Source: Gemmatimonadaceae bacterium (GTDB lineage Bacteria > Gemmatimonadota > Gemmatimonadetes > Gemmatimonadales > Gemmatimonadaceae). Taken from it: a stretch of DNA of 64,000 nucleotides. Location: positions 3,624-67,623 of the forward strand of contig DASQFN010000031.1 of assembly GCA_035633115.1 (NCBI GenBank), in the 5' to 3' direction. The notes beneath the pieces were generated by a model that worked only from the letters and a program-made list of their open reading frames with translations, ran no database searches and was not told the origin of the DNA. Numbering within the stretch: position 1 is the first letter of the stretch; each line of letters opens with the position of its first letter. Position numbers and translations under genes: made by a program. Shown piece by piece: positions 37,109 to 46,430 of this stretch.

Positions 37109-37313
37109 CCGCTTCCCTCCGAGTGTAAGCGACCGTGATAATCCGACCGCCCGGCAGCTTTCCAATTAGCAGCCTGCGAGTTTCGCTCGCTGAATGGCGC
37201 AAATCCGGGCTATCGAGCGCGTCGCCGTCCGCGAACGCATTGACAGCCTCTTCGAACGAGAGTCCGTGCTTTCGACGGTTTGACTCCGCTTTGGCGGGGT
37301 CCCACGGGAACAT
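37014..37313 (-). CDS. brnT: BrnT-family ribonuclease toxin
   Basis: WDPAKAESNRRKHGLSFEEA...HSASETR...RVISARQA. Confidence 0.92.
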   Translation of the reverse strand: MFPWDPAKAESNRRKHGLSFEEAVNAFADGDALDSPDLRHSASETRRLLIGKLPGGRIITVAYTRREADDGETTTRVISARQASSEERAARARQRNRLL

Positions 37314-37700
37314 TAGTTATGTATATACGAAATGACAAGACTTGGCACGGGACTCTACAGCGAGTTCTGAATTCGCCTTCATCAAATCGACGCGGGGAGT
37401 GTCACTTCCATACCCAGGCGATCGAGGCTCGTCATGACCTCGAGAGCAGGCCTACCTTCGCGGAGTAAGGCGATCTACTTAGTCGGGCTTGTGATCCCGC
37501 CTGAAACGGCGTTAACGCGTAAGGCATCCGCCCAATTTTCGCCGCAACCCCTCTCCCACGACACTTCCCTCGAAGTCGCGGCACACTGCGGCCTCGCAGG
37601 TGATCGTAGCCGGAATTCTTCCGCGCTACACACGATACGAACTCCGGATCGCAATCAAAGGATCGATTTACGGCGGTCCGTACAAAAGGGAACGAAATCA

Positions 37701-39194
37701 ATGCCTCTCCGAGCCAACCTTCGCCAGTGGTCCGTGATTCTCGCACCCACTGCAGCGCTTCTCGCCGCGTGCACCGATGCTCCGACCAGAATCGCCGCGC
37801 CGACGTCCTCTGCGGCAGTCCGAACATCGCTCAGTCCCGCGAGCGGAATCCCCACCGGAAAAACTGTCGTAATCTTCAAGGACACCTCCTCCATTCCGCT
37901 CGCAGGTCTCGCGCTCCTCAACTCCGTCGGCGGGACAGTCACCACGCGCTGGGACAATATCGGAGTCGCATTCGTCTCCGGACTGTCTACGAGCGCACTG
38001 GCAACACTGAGCGCCAACACGCTCGTCGAATCCGTAGGCAGCGACCGCATCCTCAACTGGCTGCCCAACGTCAGGACGGCGGGCGCGATACAAGGCGATG
38101 CAGCGGCGGTGCCGCAAAACAATCCCGCGAACGCGTCGTACTATGCCAATGGAACGCAGTGGAACATGCGCGTCATTCAGGCCGACAAAGCGTGGGTAGC
38201 GGGAAAGCAGGGCCTTCCGTCGACCCGCGTCGCGATTCTGGATACAGGAATCGACTATGGTCACCGCGAGATTCGCACTCTTGTCGACCTCAACGCATCA
38301 GAGTCCTTTGCGAACCTGATCGTTGGGGTTGCCGATGGTGTTCCTTCGGTCAGTGCTCCAATCGAGCCGCAGCTTCCCGGTGACTCTGCGTTCATGGACA
38401 ATCACTTCCACGGCACGCACGTCGCTTCTACCGTTGCTTCCAACAACATCAGCGTCGCGAGCATCGCTCCTGACATCACTCTCATCGCGGTGAAAGTGCT
38501 CAGCATGACAGGCAGCGGATCGTTTGAGAGCGTGGCCAGCGGAATTCGTCACGCCGCAGGTCCAGCTAACGCCGACGTCATCAACATGAGCCTTGGCGCA
38601 GGGGTGGAGCCGGGTGAAGAGGGAGCTCCCGCTCTGCTGGAGTTGATGAGGCGCGTCATCAAGGATGCCGAAAAGCAGGGGGCGGTCGTCATTTCCGCCG
38701 CGGGGAACGCTGCGATCAACCTCGACGTTGGAACCATCGTCTACACACCGTGCGAGCAGAGCACGATCTGCGTTTCGGCGACGGGGCCGCTCATGCAGCA
38801 GAATTTCGATCAGCCCGCCGAGTACACGAACTACGGCATGTCGGCGATCGAGGTCGCAGCACCGGGTGGAAATGCGTCGGATACGGCGGAGTACGTCAAT
38901 CAGGATCTGATTATCGGTGCCTGCTCGCGACGAGCTGGTGAGGCGGGTCTCGCCCCCTGCCGAGTCAGCACTGACGGAGTCGTTTATTTCTACGCGTACG
39001 CAGCGGGGACGAGCATGGCGAGCCCGCATGTGGCCGGCCAGGCCGCGATGATCAAGTCGGACAACCCGAGCCTCTCTGTCGCCGGGATCCGCGCGAAGAT
39101 CCTCGGCACCGCAGACGACATCGGGGTGAAAGGCCGGGATATCTACTCGAACTACGGACGCATCAACGTCGCGAGGGCGCTTGGTCTGAAATAA
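37701..39194 (+). CDS. S8 subtilisin-like serine protease, lipoprotein
   Basis: ILDTG, HFHGTHV, GTSMA triad; LLAAC lipobox; likely ATG 37701. Confidence 0.92.
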   Translation: MPLRANLRQWSVILAPTAALLAACTDAPTRIAAPTSSAAVRTSLSPASGIPTGKTVVIFKDTSSIPLAGLALLNSVGGTVTTRWDNIGVAFVSGLSTSALATLSANTLVESVGSDRILNWLPNVRTAGAIQGDAAAVPQNNPANASYYANGTQWNMRVIQADKAWVAGKQGLPSTRVAILDTGIDYGHREIRTLVDLNASESFANLIVGVADGVPSVSAPIEPQLPGDSAFMDNHFHGTHVASTVASNNISVASIAPDITLIAVKVLSMTGSGSFESVASGIRHAAGPANADVINMSLGAGVEPGEEGAPALLELMRRVIKDAEKQGAVVISAAGNAAINLDVGTIVYTPCEQSTICVSATGPLMQQNFDQPAEYTNYGMSAIEVAAPGGNASDTAEYVNQDLIIGACSRRAGEAGLAPCRVSTDGVVYFYAYAAGTSMASPHVAGQAAMIKSDNPSLSVAGIRAKILGTADDIGVKGRDIYSNYGRINVARALGLK

Positions 39195-39246
39195 CGGGCG
39201 TTGCAATTCCCGAGGGGTGACATGGTGTCCCTCGGCGCGACGGACC

Positions 39247-39290
39247 CGCAAAGGTCTCATCCTGAGAGGCGATGGGGCCTTTGCGATTTT
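39247..39290 (+). terminator. Intrinsic terminator candidate
   Basis: CGCAAAGGTCTCATC / GATGGGGCCTTTGCG 15-bp stem followed by ATTTT, after the S8 gene. Confidence 0.6.
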
Positions 39291-39295
39291 CCGAT

Positions 39296-39392
39296 ACTGC
39301 GGACTGCGGAACGGCACTGCGAACTGCGGCACTACACTGCGGGCTGCGGACTAAACTGCGGAGTGCGGATTAAACCGCGGACTGCGGATTAG
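39296..39392. repeat. Tandem repeat, 5 units of 19-20 bp built from ACTGCGG heptamers
   Basis: ACTGCGGACTGCGGAACGGC / ACTGCGAACTGCGGCACTAC / ACTGCGGGCTGCGGACTAA / ACTGCGGAGTGCGGATTAA / ACCGCGGACTGCGGATTAG. Confidence 0.85.
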
Positions 39393-42304
39393 ACCGCCGA
39401 CTGCGGGACGAACCTCGCGGCTTGCGTCCTCGTCTTGCATCCGAGCTTGGCGAGGATGTGACTCACATGCACGCTCACGGTCTTCTCGGCTATTCCCAGG
39501 GCGACCGCGATCTCGCGATTCGTTCGTCCCTTCGCGACTTCGTTCAGCACTGCCTGCTCCCGACTCGTGAGACCTGAGCCCGCGACGCGCGCCTCTCCCG
39601 AGCCCGCGACGCTCGGCCTCGTGCGCACGCCCGCCCGCCGCAGCACCCGCCGCACGACCTCGCGCTCTCTCGGCAACAGTGGACGTCCGAGCTCCTCGAG
39701 CAGACGCCTGCCGAGCGCGAGCCCCTCCAACGAGTCGCCGGCTGACAGCATTGCCTCGAGCAGGGTTACTCGCGCTCTCCGGCATTCCAGACGATTTCCG
39801 AGTTTGTCCCAGGCTTCGGCCGCCGCAGAAAGAGCTTCGCGCGCTTCCTCCGTTCGGCCCTGCGCCAGGCGCACGAGTCCCACCGCGTGCGCGAGCTGCG
39901 CGGCTCCCGCCTCCGCATCCGACAGCGTCGGAGCGTTATCGACCAGCTCCGCTGCATCCTCTACGCGCCCAACGGCAATGAGCGCCTCGGCGGCGTACGG
40001 CAGCAGCTGCCGCGCGAGCAGCGGCTGACTCGGAGGCACAGACCGCAGCGCGGCTTCGAGAACCTTCGCCGCTTCGGCGTTGCGTCCCTCGGCGAGAGCG
40101 ACAAGCGCGAGGCCGACAGACCAGCCGCGATCGCCGAGCTCGATCGCTTCCTCATACGCGCGGCGCGCACCAGCCAAGTCGCCACGCGCCCGGCACACAA
40201 AGCCCAGCACACGGAGCGCATCGCGCAGCTCCGCTCGTTGAGCTCGGCGCAGCTCGTCGACCGCAGCCGAAGCTTCCGCGAGAGTATCCTCTTCCCCGCT
40301 CGTAATTGTCAGCACTGCCGCACGCATTGCGCGGAACAGCGCGTCCAGGCCAACGACTCCCTGATCTCTGCACAGCGCGCGCGCCGCATCGGCCCAGCTC
40401 AACGCGCGCTCGTATTCCTGCGCCAGCAACAGAGCCTTCACGCCTTCCGCATAAACACGGGCAAGCCGGTCGAACGGTAGCCGTCCTTCGCGCAAGAGCG
40501 CGAGTGCAACATCGAGTCGTGCAACTCCAGCGTTGACTTCGCCCCCCAGTATGCTGAGCTCGGCGAGGCCGACAAGCGCGAGTACTTCTTCGGCCCCTTG
40601 TGCGTCGCGTGACGAGAGCGACAACCCGTGCAGCAAGAGACTCTCCGCGCGGTCGAGATCGCCGCGTCCAAGCCACAATCGGCCGAGGTCGTCGTAGATG
40701 GGACCGAGCTCGCGGCTGGGCGACTCGTCACCGAGGAGACGCAGCGCTTCGTCGAGCGCTTCCGCCGCACCTTCGGTGTCGCCCTCCTCCACGCGCAATG
40801 TTGCGAGGCCGCGAAGAACACGCGCCGTTTGCTCACTCTGGCCGAGGCTGCGCCACAATCGCAGCGCGTCTTCGGCGTACTGGCGTCCTGCTGCGGCGCG
40901 GCTCTGTCGCCAGGCTACCGCCGCCAGTCGCTCGAGTACTTCGGCTGCGCGCACTCCCTCATCGCCGAGCTCCTCGAGCGAGGCCAGCGCGTTCTCGTAG
41001 TGCTCCGAGGCATCATCCCATGCGCGCAGTCGCACTGCTTCGTCGCCGGCAAGTCGCGCGTATTCATAGGCGTGCTCGTGGTCGCCGCCGAGTCGGAAAT
41101 GATACGCGAGCTCATCCAGGCGCCGCGGAGTGTTCGCCGCGCGCTTCTCGAGAGCGGCGGCCACGCGACGATGCAGCATTCGGCGTCGGCGCGAGATGAT
41201 GCTCTCATACAGCGTCTCCTGCATCAGCGCGTGCGGAAACACGTAGCACTCGCCGCTCTCGTTTCTCTCTTCACGCAGCAGCTGATGGGCGACGAGCTGC
41301 TCGAGAACTTCGACCAGCTCCTCCTCGGAAATGCCGAGTACTTCGCGCATGTCCTCGAACTCGACGATGCGTCCGATCACGGCGGCAGCCGAAAGCGTCT
41401 CCATCGCTCGCGGTCCGAGAGCGTTCACGCGGGCGAGAATCGCCTCGCTGACGGTCGACGGCAGCCGCGTACGCGCGAGTGCCGCAGCAGCATCGGCGGT
41501 GGGCTCGAGTACTCCGCCTTCGGCGAGCACCGAGACCAGCTCTTCGACGAAAAGCGGATTCCCTTCTGCCCTTCTCCAGATCTCCGCCGCAAACGCTGAA
41601 TCGGGCTCGGTCCCGAGCATGCACCGGAGCATTTCGGTGGTCTCATCGCGCCCGAGCGGCGAGAGCCGCATATCTTCGCCGACGCGGTCGCGCGCCAACG
41701 AGCCGAGCAATCGCCGCAGAGGATGTGCGGCGTGCAGCTCGTCGGAGCGATAGGTGACGACCATCATCAGACGAAGTGATGTCGCGCGGTGCGCCAGGTG
41801 ATGGAGGAGCTCGAGCGAAGTCTGGTCCGCCCAGTGAACGTCTTCGAGGACGAGTAGCATCGGATCGTCCGTCGCCAATCGCTCGAGAACGCCGAAGATC
41901 AGCGCATAAGGACGCTCGCGGTCGCGCTCGGCGGTTTGATCGGGTGCTGCCGCTGCGCCCTCGAGCTGCGGAAAAATCGGGGCGAGAATGGCGCGAAGCG
42001 GACCGAGAATCTTCGCGACTTCGTCGCCTTCACCTCGCGCAATCCGGAATCGCAGGGCGTCCATGAACGGCGCATACGGAACGGAGGACTCGGTGCTGGA
42101 GCAACGCCCTTCAATGACGCGGACGTGTCTCGCCGTTGCTTCCTGTTTGAGATCGCGAACAAGACGGCTCTTACCGACGCCGCCGTCGCCGCCCAGGAGC
42201 AGCACGGTGCCATGCCCCTCGACGGCGCGGTCGAGGCGCTCGAGAAGCGAGCGCAACGGCGCTTCGCGACCTACCGACGTGGGACAGACGACGGATCGGA
42301 TCAT
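39389..42304 (-). CDS. LuxR-family regulator with N-terminal STAND/AAA ATPase and TPR-like region
   Basis: GDGGVGKS Walker A, LEDVHWAD Walker B, GNPLF; C-terminal LTSRE...GRTNREIA...KTVSVHVSHILAKLG. Confidence 0.92.
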   Translation of the reverse strand: MIRSVVCPTSVGREAPLRSLLERLDRAVEGHGTVLLLGGDGGVGKSRLVRDLKQEATARHVRVIEGRCSSTESSVPYAPFMDALRFRIARGEGDEVAKILGPLRAILAPIFPQLEGAAAAPDQTAERDRERPYALIFGVLERLATDDPMLLVLEDVHWADQTSLELLHHLAHRATSLRLMMVVTYRSDELHAAHPLRRLLGSLARDRVGEDMRLSPLGRDETTEMLRCMLGTEPDSAFAAEIWRRAEGNPLFVEELVSVLAEGGVLEPTADAAAALARTRLPSTVSEAILARVNALGPRAMETLSAAAVIGRIVEFEDMREVLGISEEELVEVLEQLVAHQLLREERNESGECYVFPHALMQETLYESIISRRRRMLHRRVAAALEKRAANTPRRLDELAYHFRLGGDHEHAYEYARLAGDEAVRLRAWDDASEHYENALASLEELGDEGVRAAEVLERLAAVAWRQSRAAAGRQYAEDALRLWRSLGQSEQTARVLRGLATLRVEEGDTEGAAEALDEALRLLGDESPSRELGPIYDDLGRLWLGRGDLDRAESLLLHGLSLSSRDAQGAEEVLALVGLAELSILGGEVNAGVARLDVALALLREGRLPFDRLARVYAEGVKALLLAQEYERALSWADAARALCRDQGVVGLDALFRAMRAAVLTITSGEEDTLAEASAAVDELRRAQRAELRDALRVLGFVCRARGDLAGARRAYEEAIELGDRGWSVGLALVALAEGRNAEAAKVLEAALRSVPPSQPLLARQLLPYAAEALIAVGRVEDAAELVDNAPTLSDAEAGAAQLAHAVGLVRLAQGRTEEAREALSAAAEAWDKLGNRLECRRARVTLLEAMLSAGDSLEGLALGRRLLEELGRPLLPREREVVRRVLRRAGVRTRPSVAGSGEARVAGSGLTSREQAVLNEVAKGRTNREIAVALGIAEKTVSVHVSHILAKLGCKTRTQAARFVPQSAV

Positions 42305-42371
42305 GTATGGTGCGAATGTTTACTTGTGACCAACGCGCAATGTATACCACTCCGGCTTTCGCGGGAAATGG

Positions 42372-42620
42372 CTACGGGGCGGCTCCCATTTTTTCGGCAA
42401 CGCGCGCGCGAATTTCGGTCAAGGGCGGCAAAACGCCCATGAACGCCAATGATCCACCGTCGACGAGGACTGTCCCGTCATCGCAACGGACCTGAAAAGA
42501 GCCGTATGGCCCCGTTTCGAGCTCAACCTCGACGCCGAGGTCGCGGCGAAGCATCGCTGCCGCCCGGGCAGCGTGGAAATTGGTGACTCAGTAGACGCAG
42601 CGACGGATCAGTATTCTCAT
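42372..42620 (-). CDS. Rdx/SelW-family probable selenoprotein (CxxU)
   Basis: ATG 42620: MRILIRRCVY-TGA(42590-42588)-VTNFHAARAAAMLRRDLGVEVELETGPYGSFQV...; thioredoxin-like Rdx pattern continues across the TGA. Confidence 0.8.
42555..42573 (-). promoter_or_regulatory. Bacterial SECIS-like hairpin
   Basis: CGCTGCC-CGGGC-GGCAGCG 7-bp stem; loop starts 22 nt after the UGA, with G at loop position 2. Confidence 0.65.
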
Positions 42621-42624
42621 GTTC

Positions 42625-43209
42625 TCAACGTTTCCTCGGCGTTGCGAGGGGTGCAAGTCTTCTGCCCGCCGCTGAATCCTTGATCAGTGTAGCAAGGCGG
42701 CGGTCGCGTGTCGCTTCCAATTTGGCGTTCAGAACCCAACGGATGGCAAGCTTGCGATAACCGGGCGGCTGGGACTCAAAGAATTGCCAGGCGCGCTTGT
42801 TGGCCTTGAAACGCTTTTTTTCGGCCGGCGGCAGCGTCGCAGTTTTTTGCTGCTCGAACAGGTAGACGCCCGATTTGGCCGGGTCGCGCGCCTCGAATGC
42901 TCGTTTCCCGGCGGATTGCATGAGTCCGCTCTCAATGAGCTCTCCTGCCTTCTTGATGTTGACCAAGCTCCAGTTGCTGCCGCGCCGTCGAGGAGTGAAA
43001 CGGTTCGTGTAACTCTCGGCGTCGAGTGATTTTCGAACGCCGTCGATCCACCCGAAGCAGAGCGCCTGATCCACCGCCTCGGGCCACGTGATGCTGGGCT
43101 TCCCGGTGCTCTTCTTGTAGAACCCCACCCAAAGCTCGGTCTCGGACGCATGGTTTTCCTTGAGCCAGCGGCGAAAGTCGGCAGGTTTTTCAAAGAATTT
43201 CGGCTGCAT
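42625..43209 (-). CDS. YdeI/OmpD-associated family protein
   Basis: FRRWLKENH...ELWVGFYKK...WPEAVDQALCFGWIDG...FTPRR...SNWS. Confidence 0.9.
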   Translation of the reverse strand: MQPKFFEKPADFRRWLKENHASETELWVGFYKKSTGKPSITWPEAVDQALCFGWIDGVRKSLDAESYTNRFTPRRRGSNWSLVNIKKAGELIESGLMQSAGKRAFEARDPAKSGVYLFEQQKTATLPPAEKKRFKANKRAWQFFESQPPGYRKLAIRWVLNAKLEATRDRRLATLIKDSAAGRRLAPLATPRKR

Positions 43210-43419
43210 CGTTTCAAAAATTAATCTTGTGTCCTCGTGACGGCTCCTGGTGCCGACTGCTGATTGAGGGCTTTGCGGACTCAGGACCAACGGCCAGTCC
43301 GTCACAGATGATTACTCACTGGTCTCGCCGGTCTCCATTACGGGTCTCCTATTTGCCGGACATTAGCCGACCAACCCGCAGCTCGATTCTGAAGCACTAA
43401 CCAGAGGGACGGTGCCGCC

Positions 43420-44040
43420 ATGCCCCAGCCGCTCAAAGCAATCTTTCTCGTAGGCACGCTCAAAAAGAAGCAGGTCCTTTCGCATACGCTGACGCTGTGC
43501 GAAGTGGTGGCGGACATCCTCAAATTGCAAGAGGATGTGGACAGCGAGATAATCCGCCTGCGCGACTACAATATCCAGCCCGGCACCAGAACCGAAATCG
43601 ACGACGACGACTGGCCGAAGATTGTCGAGAAGATGATCGCCTCGGACATCGTCATCTTCGCAACACCGATCTGGTGGGGAATTCAGTCCTCACTCATACA
43701 GAGAATCATCGAGCGCCTCGACGAGCTGAATGACGAGCTGCTGGAAACAGGCAAGTCAGAGTTCGCCAACAAGGTTGGCGGCATCGTCATCACGGGCGAC
43801 GAAGACGGCGCAGAGCACATCATCGGCAATATTCTGAACTTCATGAGCTGGAACGGATTCACGATTCCCCCTGCGCCGTCCGTCACCTTCCTCGGCGACG
43901 CCTCCGGCGATACGAAGGAATCGCTGAAGAAGAAATTCCAGCGGCGCGGGGTTTACAAAGCCGCGCGGACCTTTGCCCGCAACGAGGCATACCTCGCACG
44001 CCTGCTGAGGGACAACCCATTCCCTCAAGCAGACGATTGA
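43420..44040 (+). CDS. Flavodoxin-like NAD(P)H-dependent FMN reductase family protein
   Basis: FLVGTLK...SHT...ASDIVIFATPIWWG...IIERLD...KVGG. Confidence 0.85.
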   Translation: MPQPLKAIFLVGTLKKKQVLSHTLTLCEVVADILKLQEDVDSEIIRLRDYNIQPGTRTEIDDDDWPKIVEKMIASDIVIFATPIWWGIQSSLIQRIIERLDELNDELLETGKSEFANKVGGIVITGDEDGAEHIIGNILNFMSWNGFTIPPAPSVTFLGDASGDTKESLKKKFQRRGVYKAARTFARNEAYLARLLRDNPFPQADD

Positions 44041-44100
44041 ATCATCCCGCTCGAGCGCGCCGCGGTGAGCGCAGAGCGATCAGCGGGCAGCGTGTTGTCC

Positions 44101-46212
44101 TCAGTTTGCGGTTGTCTTCGCCGCCCCGTTAACCCACCGCCCCAGCCAGTCAGCCACTTCCTTATAGAACAGTCGTGAATTGTACGCGTTGAGTATCCAG
44201 TGATTCTCCTCGGGCCACACCAGAAGCCGACTGGGAATCTGACGCCGCTGCAGCAGTGACCACATCTCGAGCGTGTTGTTCATCGGCACGCGATAGTCCT
44301 TCTCGCCAACGGACAGAAGCATCGGCGTCTTGAACTGCGCCGCGAACCGCGCCGGGCTCTGTGTTCGCCAGACTTCGTTCTGCTCCCATACCGGGCCGAG
44401 CGACTGGATCTCGCGATGATAAATCCCGTCCGAAGTGGCCCACTGAGACTCGAGGTTCACCAGACCCGCGTGAGAGATGAGCGCCTTGAACCGCGTTCCC
44501 GACCACGCCTCGAGAGCGTTCGCGAGATGGCCTCCGTAACTCGCCCCGCCGGCAACCTGCCGAGTGGCATCGATGAACGGAAAGCGACGGATTGCTTCAT
44601 CCGCGCCCTCGATCAGCTCTTCGGCCGGCCCGCGCAGCGGATCACCCTGAATGTTCTGCGCGAACTGCTCGCCGAATCCTGTCGATCCGGTGTAGTTCGT
44701 CATCAGCATCACGTATCCCGGCTTTGCCAGGAGGTGATAATTCCAGCGCAGCGAGATCTGATCGCGCCACATGTTGTGCGCACCACCGTGGATCAGCACG
44801 AACAGCGGATACTTCTTCTTCGCATCGAAGTTTGGCGGTAGCACGATCATGTTGTGAATCTTCCGGCCGCGCTTAGACGTGAACCAGAAATGTTGCGGCG
44901 GCTGCCAGTCGATCTTCCGCGCATCAGCGACGGCGAACTCGGTCAGATTGCTGTGGCTCTTACCGTTAACCTCGATACGAACGACTTCGGCTGGGTCGAC
45001 TGAAGAGGCCCAAAGCGCAAGCATCACCGGCGATTTGTCGGCCATCCTCAATGCGCTGTACACACCCCGTTTCGGATCGATGAAGAGCCTGGCCTGCCCG
45101 CCCTGGGCAGGGACCGTGAACAGCTTTTCCAGTCCGGCATCTTCCGCCGTGAAGTAAATAGTCCTGCCATCGGGTGTGACCACGTAGTCGTCGACGGAAC
45201 GATCTGTCTGCGCGACAACGCGCTCGTTTTTCATCGACGGCCAGTCGAATGCCATGAGGCGCGTGAGGTTGTAGACCTTCTTGTTGTTCGGTGAGAACTT
45301 CACGAAGAGAGTCTTGCCGTCAGGGCTGAACGAGGGACTGGCATACTCGCCGCCTGCGCTCGCAATGCGCTCGGGCTCGCCGCCCGTGACGGCAACACGA
45401 TAGAGATTCACCGGAACTTCCGCGTGGGCGGCAGTGTTGCGCGCCGTTGTAACGGCGAAAACGATCGACTTCCCGTCCGGCGCCCACTCTGCGTCGATGT
45501 CCTGCCGCGAGCCCTCCGCCGTCGGCACGCCGAAGCCGGGTTGACGAACCAGCTGTGTTCCAGCAAGGAGATCCTTGGCGGGTCCGGCTGGATCGAGGTT
45601 CTGTAGTATCAGGTGGACCTGCTTGTCATCGAGCCAACGGTCCCAGATGCGGACGGGGAACGCGTCGTAAACCCGGACCTTTTCCTTCCGCTCCGTCTCC
45701 TCTTTCGCGGCTATCTTGTTTGCTTCGTCGTCCATTGCCCCGGGATACACGACACTCGTGTAGAGCAGAGCCTTTCCATCCGGACTGAACCGCGGAGAGC
45801 GCGCGCCCGTCGACAGTGTAGTTATCCGCCGTGCTGCACCGCCGGCAGCATCCTGCAGGTAGATCTGGTTCGCTTCGTCCCCCTCGCGCTTTGCGGAGAA
45901 AGCGATCATACGGCCGTCGGGGGACCACGTGACTTCGCTCTCCCCGTCCTTTGTCTCGGTGACGCGGCGCGGCTTTGACTTTCCATCGCTGCTCGCGATC
46001 CACAGATCGGAAGACTGCTCCTTGGAATCGTACGACGGGTCGGTGACCGAAAACACCACCCATTTCCCATCGGGACTGAGAGCTGGAGAGCTGACGCGCT
46101 TCATCATCCACATCGACTCGTGCGTCAGTGTCTCTTTGCCCGCGGTTTGTGCACTGACGGATGTCGTCGCGAAGAGCGCGATGAAAATCGACCATCTACG
46201 TTTCACGAGCAT
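44101..46212 (-). CDS. S9 prolyl oligopeptidase family peptidase, secreted
   Basis: PD40 repeats; IHGG, GASYGG nucleophile elbow, DYRVP, ENHW. Confidence 0.92.
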   Translation of the reverse strand: MLVKRRWSIFIALFATTSVSAQTAGKETLTHESMWMMKRVSSPALSPDGKWVVFSVTDPSYDSKEQSSDLWIASSDGKSKPRRVTETKDGESEVTWSPDGRMIAFSAKREGDEANQIYLQDAAGGAARRITTLSTGARSPRFSPDGKALLYTSVVYPGAMDDEANKIAAKEETERKEKVRVYDAFPVRIWDRWLDDKQVHLILQNLDPAGPAKDLLAGTQLVRQPGFGVPTAEGSRQDIDAEWAPDGKSIVFAVTTARNTAAHAEVPVNLYRVAVTGGEPERIASAGGEYASPSFSPDGKTLFVKFSPNNKKVYNLTRLMAFDWPSMKNERVVAQTDRSVDDYVVTPDGRTIYFTAEDAGLEKLFTVPAQGGQARLFIDPKRGVYSALRMADKSPVMLALWASSVDPAEVVRIEVNGKSHSNLTEFAVADARKIDWQPPQHFWFTSKRGRKIHNMIVLPPNFDAKKKYPLFVLIHGGAHNMWRDQISLRWNYHLLAKPGYVMLMTNYTGSTGFGEQFAQNIQGDPLRGPAEELIEGADEAIRRFPFIDATRQVAGGASYGGHLANALEAWSGTRFKALISHAGLVNLESQWATSDGIYHREIQSLGPVWEQNEVWRTQSPARFAAQFKTPMLLSVGEKDYRVPMNNTLEMWSLLQRRQIPSRLLVWPEENHWILNAYNSRLFYKEVADWLGRWVNGAAKTTAN

Positions 46213-46430
46213 CAACGGTTCTCCTGGTTTGTTGAGAGCGCCCGCCGCCTTAACAGCGCGCCGATGAAAAGCAGCGCGGCGCCGGTGAGGAGCGCGCCGG
46301 GTACCGAAGTCACGAAGCCGGTAACATTGATACCACCAGCCACGAGTGTTGGTCCGATAAGGGCGAGTACCGAAGAGATCATCACGAATGCGCCAATGAC
46401 CATCAGAATGGTTCCGAAGCGTCGCATCAA
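46212..46430 (-). CDS. Small 2-TM hypothetical protein
   Basis: Hydrophobic; coupled to both neighbours by stop/start overlaps. Confidence 0.6.
   Translation of the reverse strand: MMRRFGTILMVIGAFVMISSVLALIGPTLVAGGINVTGFVTSVPGALLTGAALLFIGALLRRRALSTNQENR

Noticed and set aside
1-37313. Integron cassette array explaining the TA density
   Set aside because: Genes are in mixed orientation, I could not find recurring attC cores (RYYYAAC...GTTRRRY), and no intI is present. A covariance-model search would be decisive.
39296-39392. Possible CRISPR mini-array
   Set aside because: Units are 19-20 bp and contiguous with no unique spacers; no cas genes in the window.
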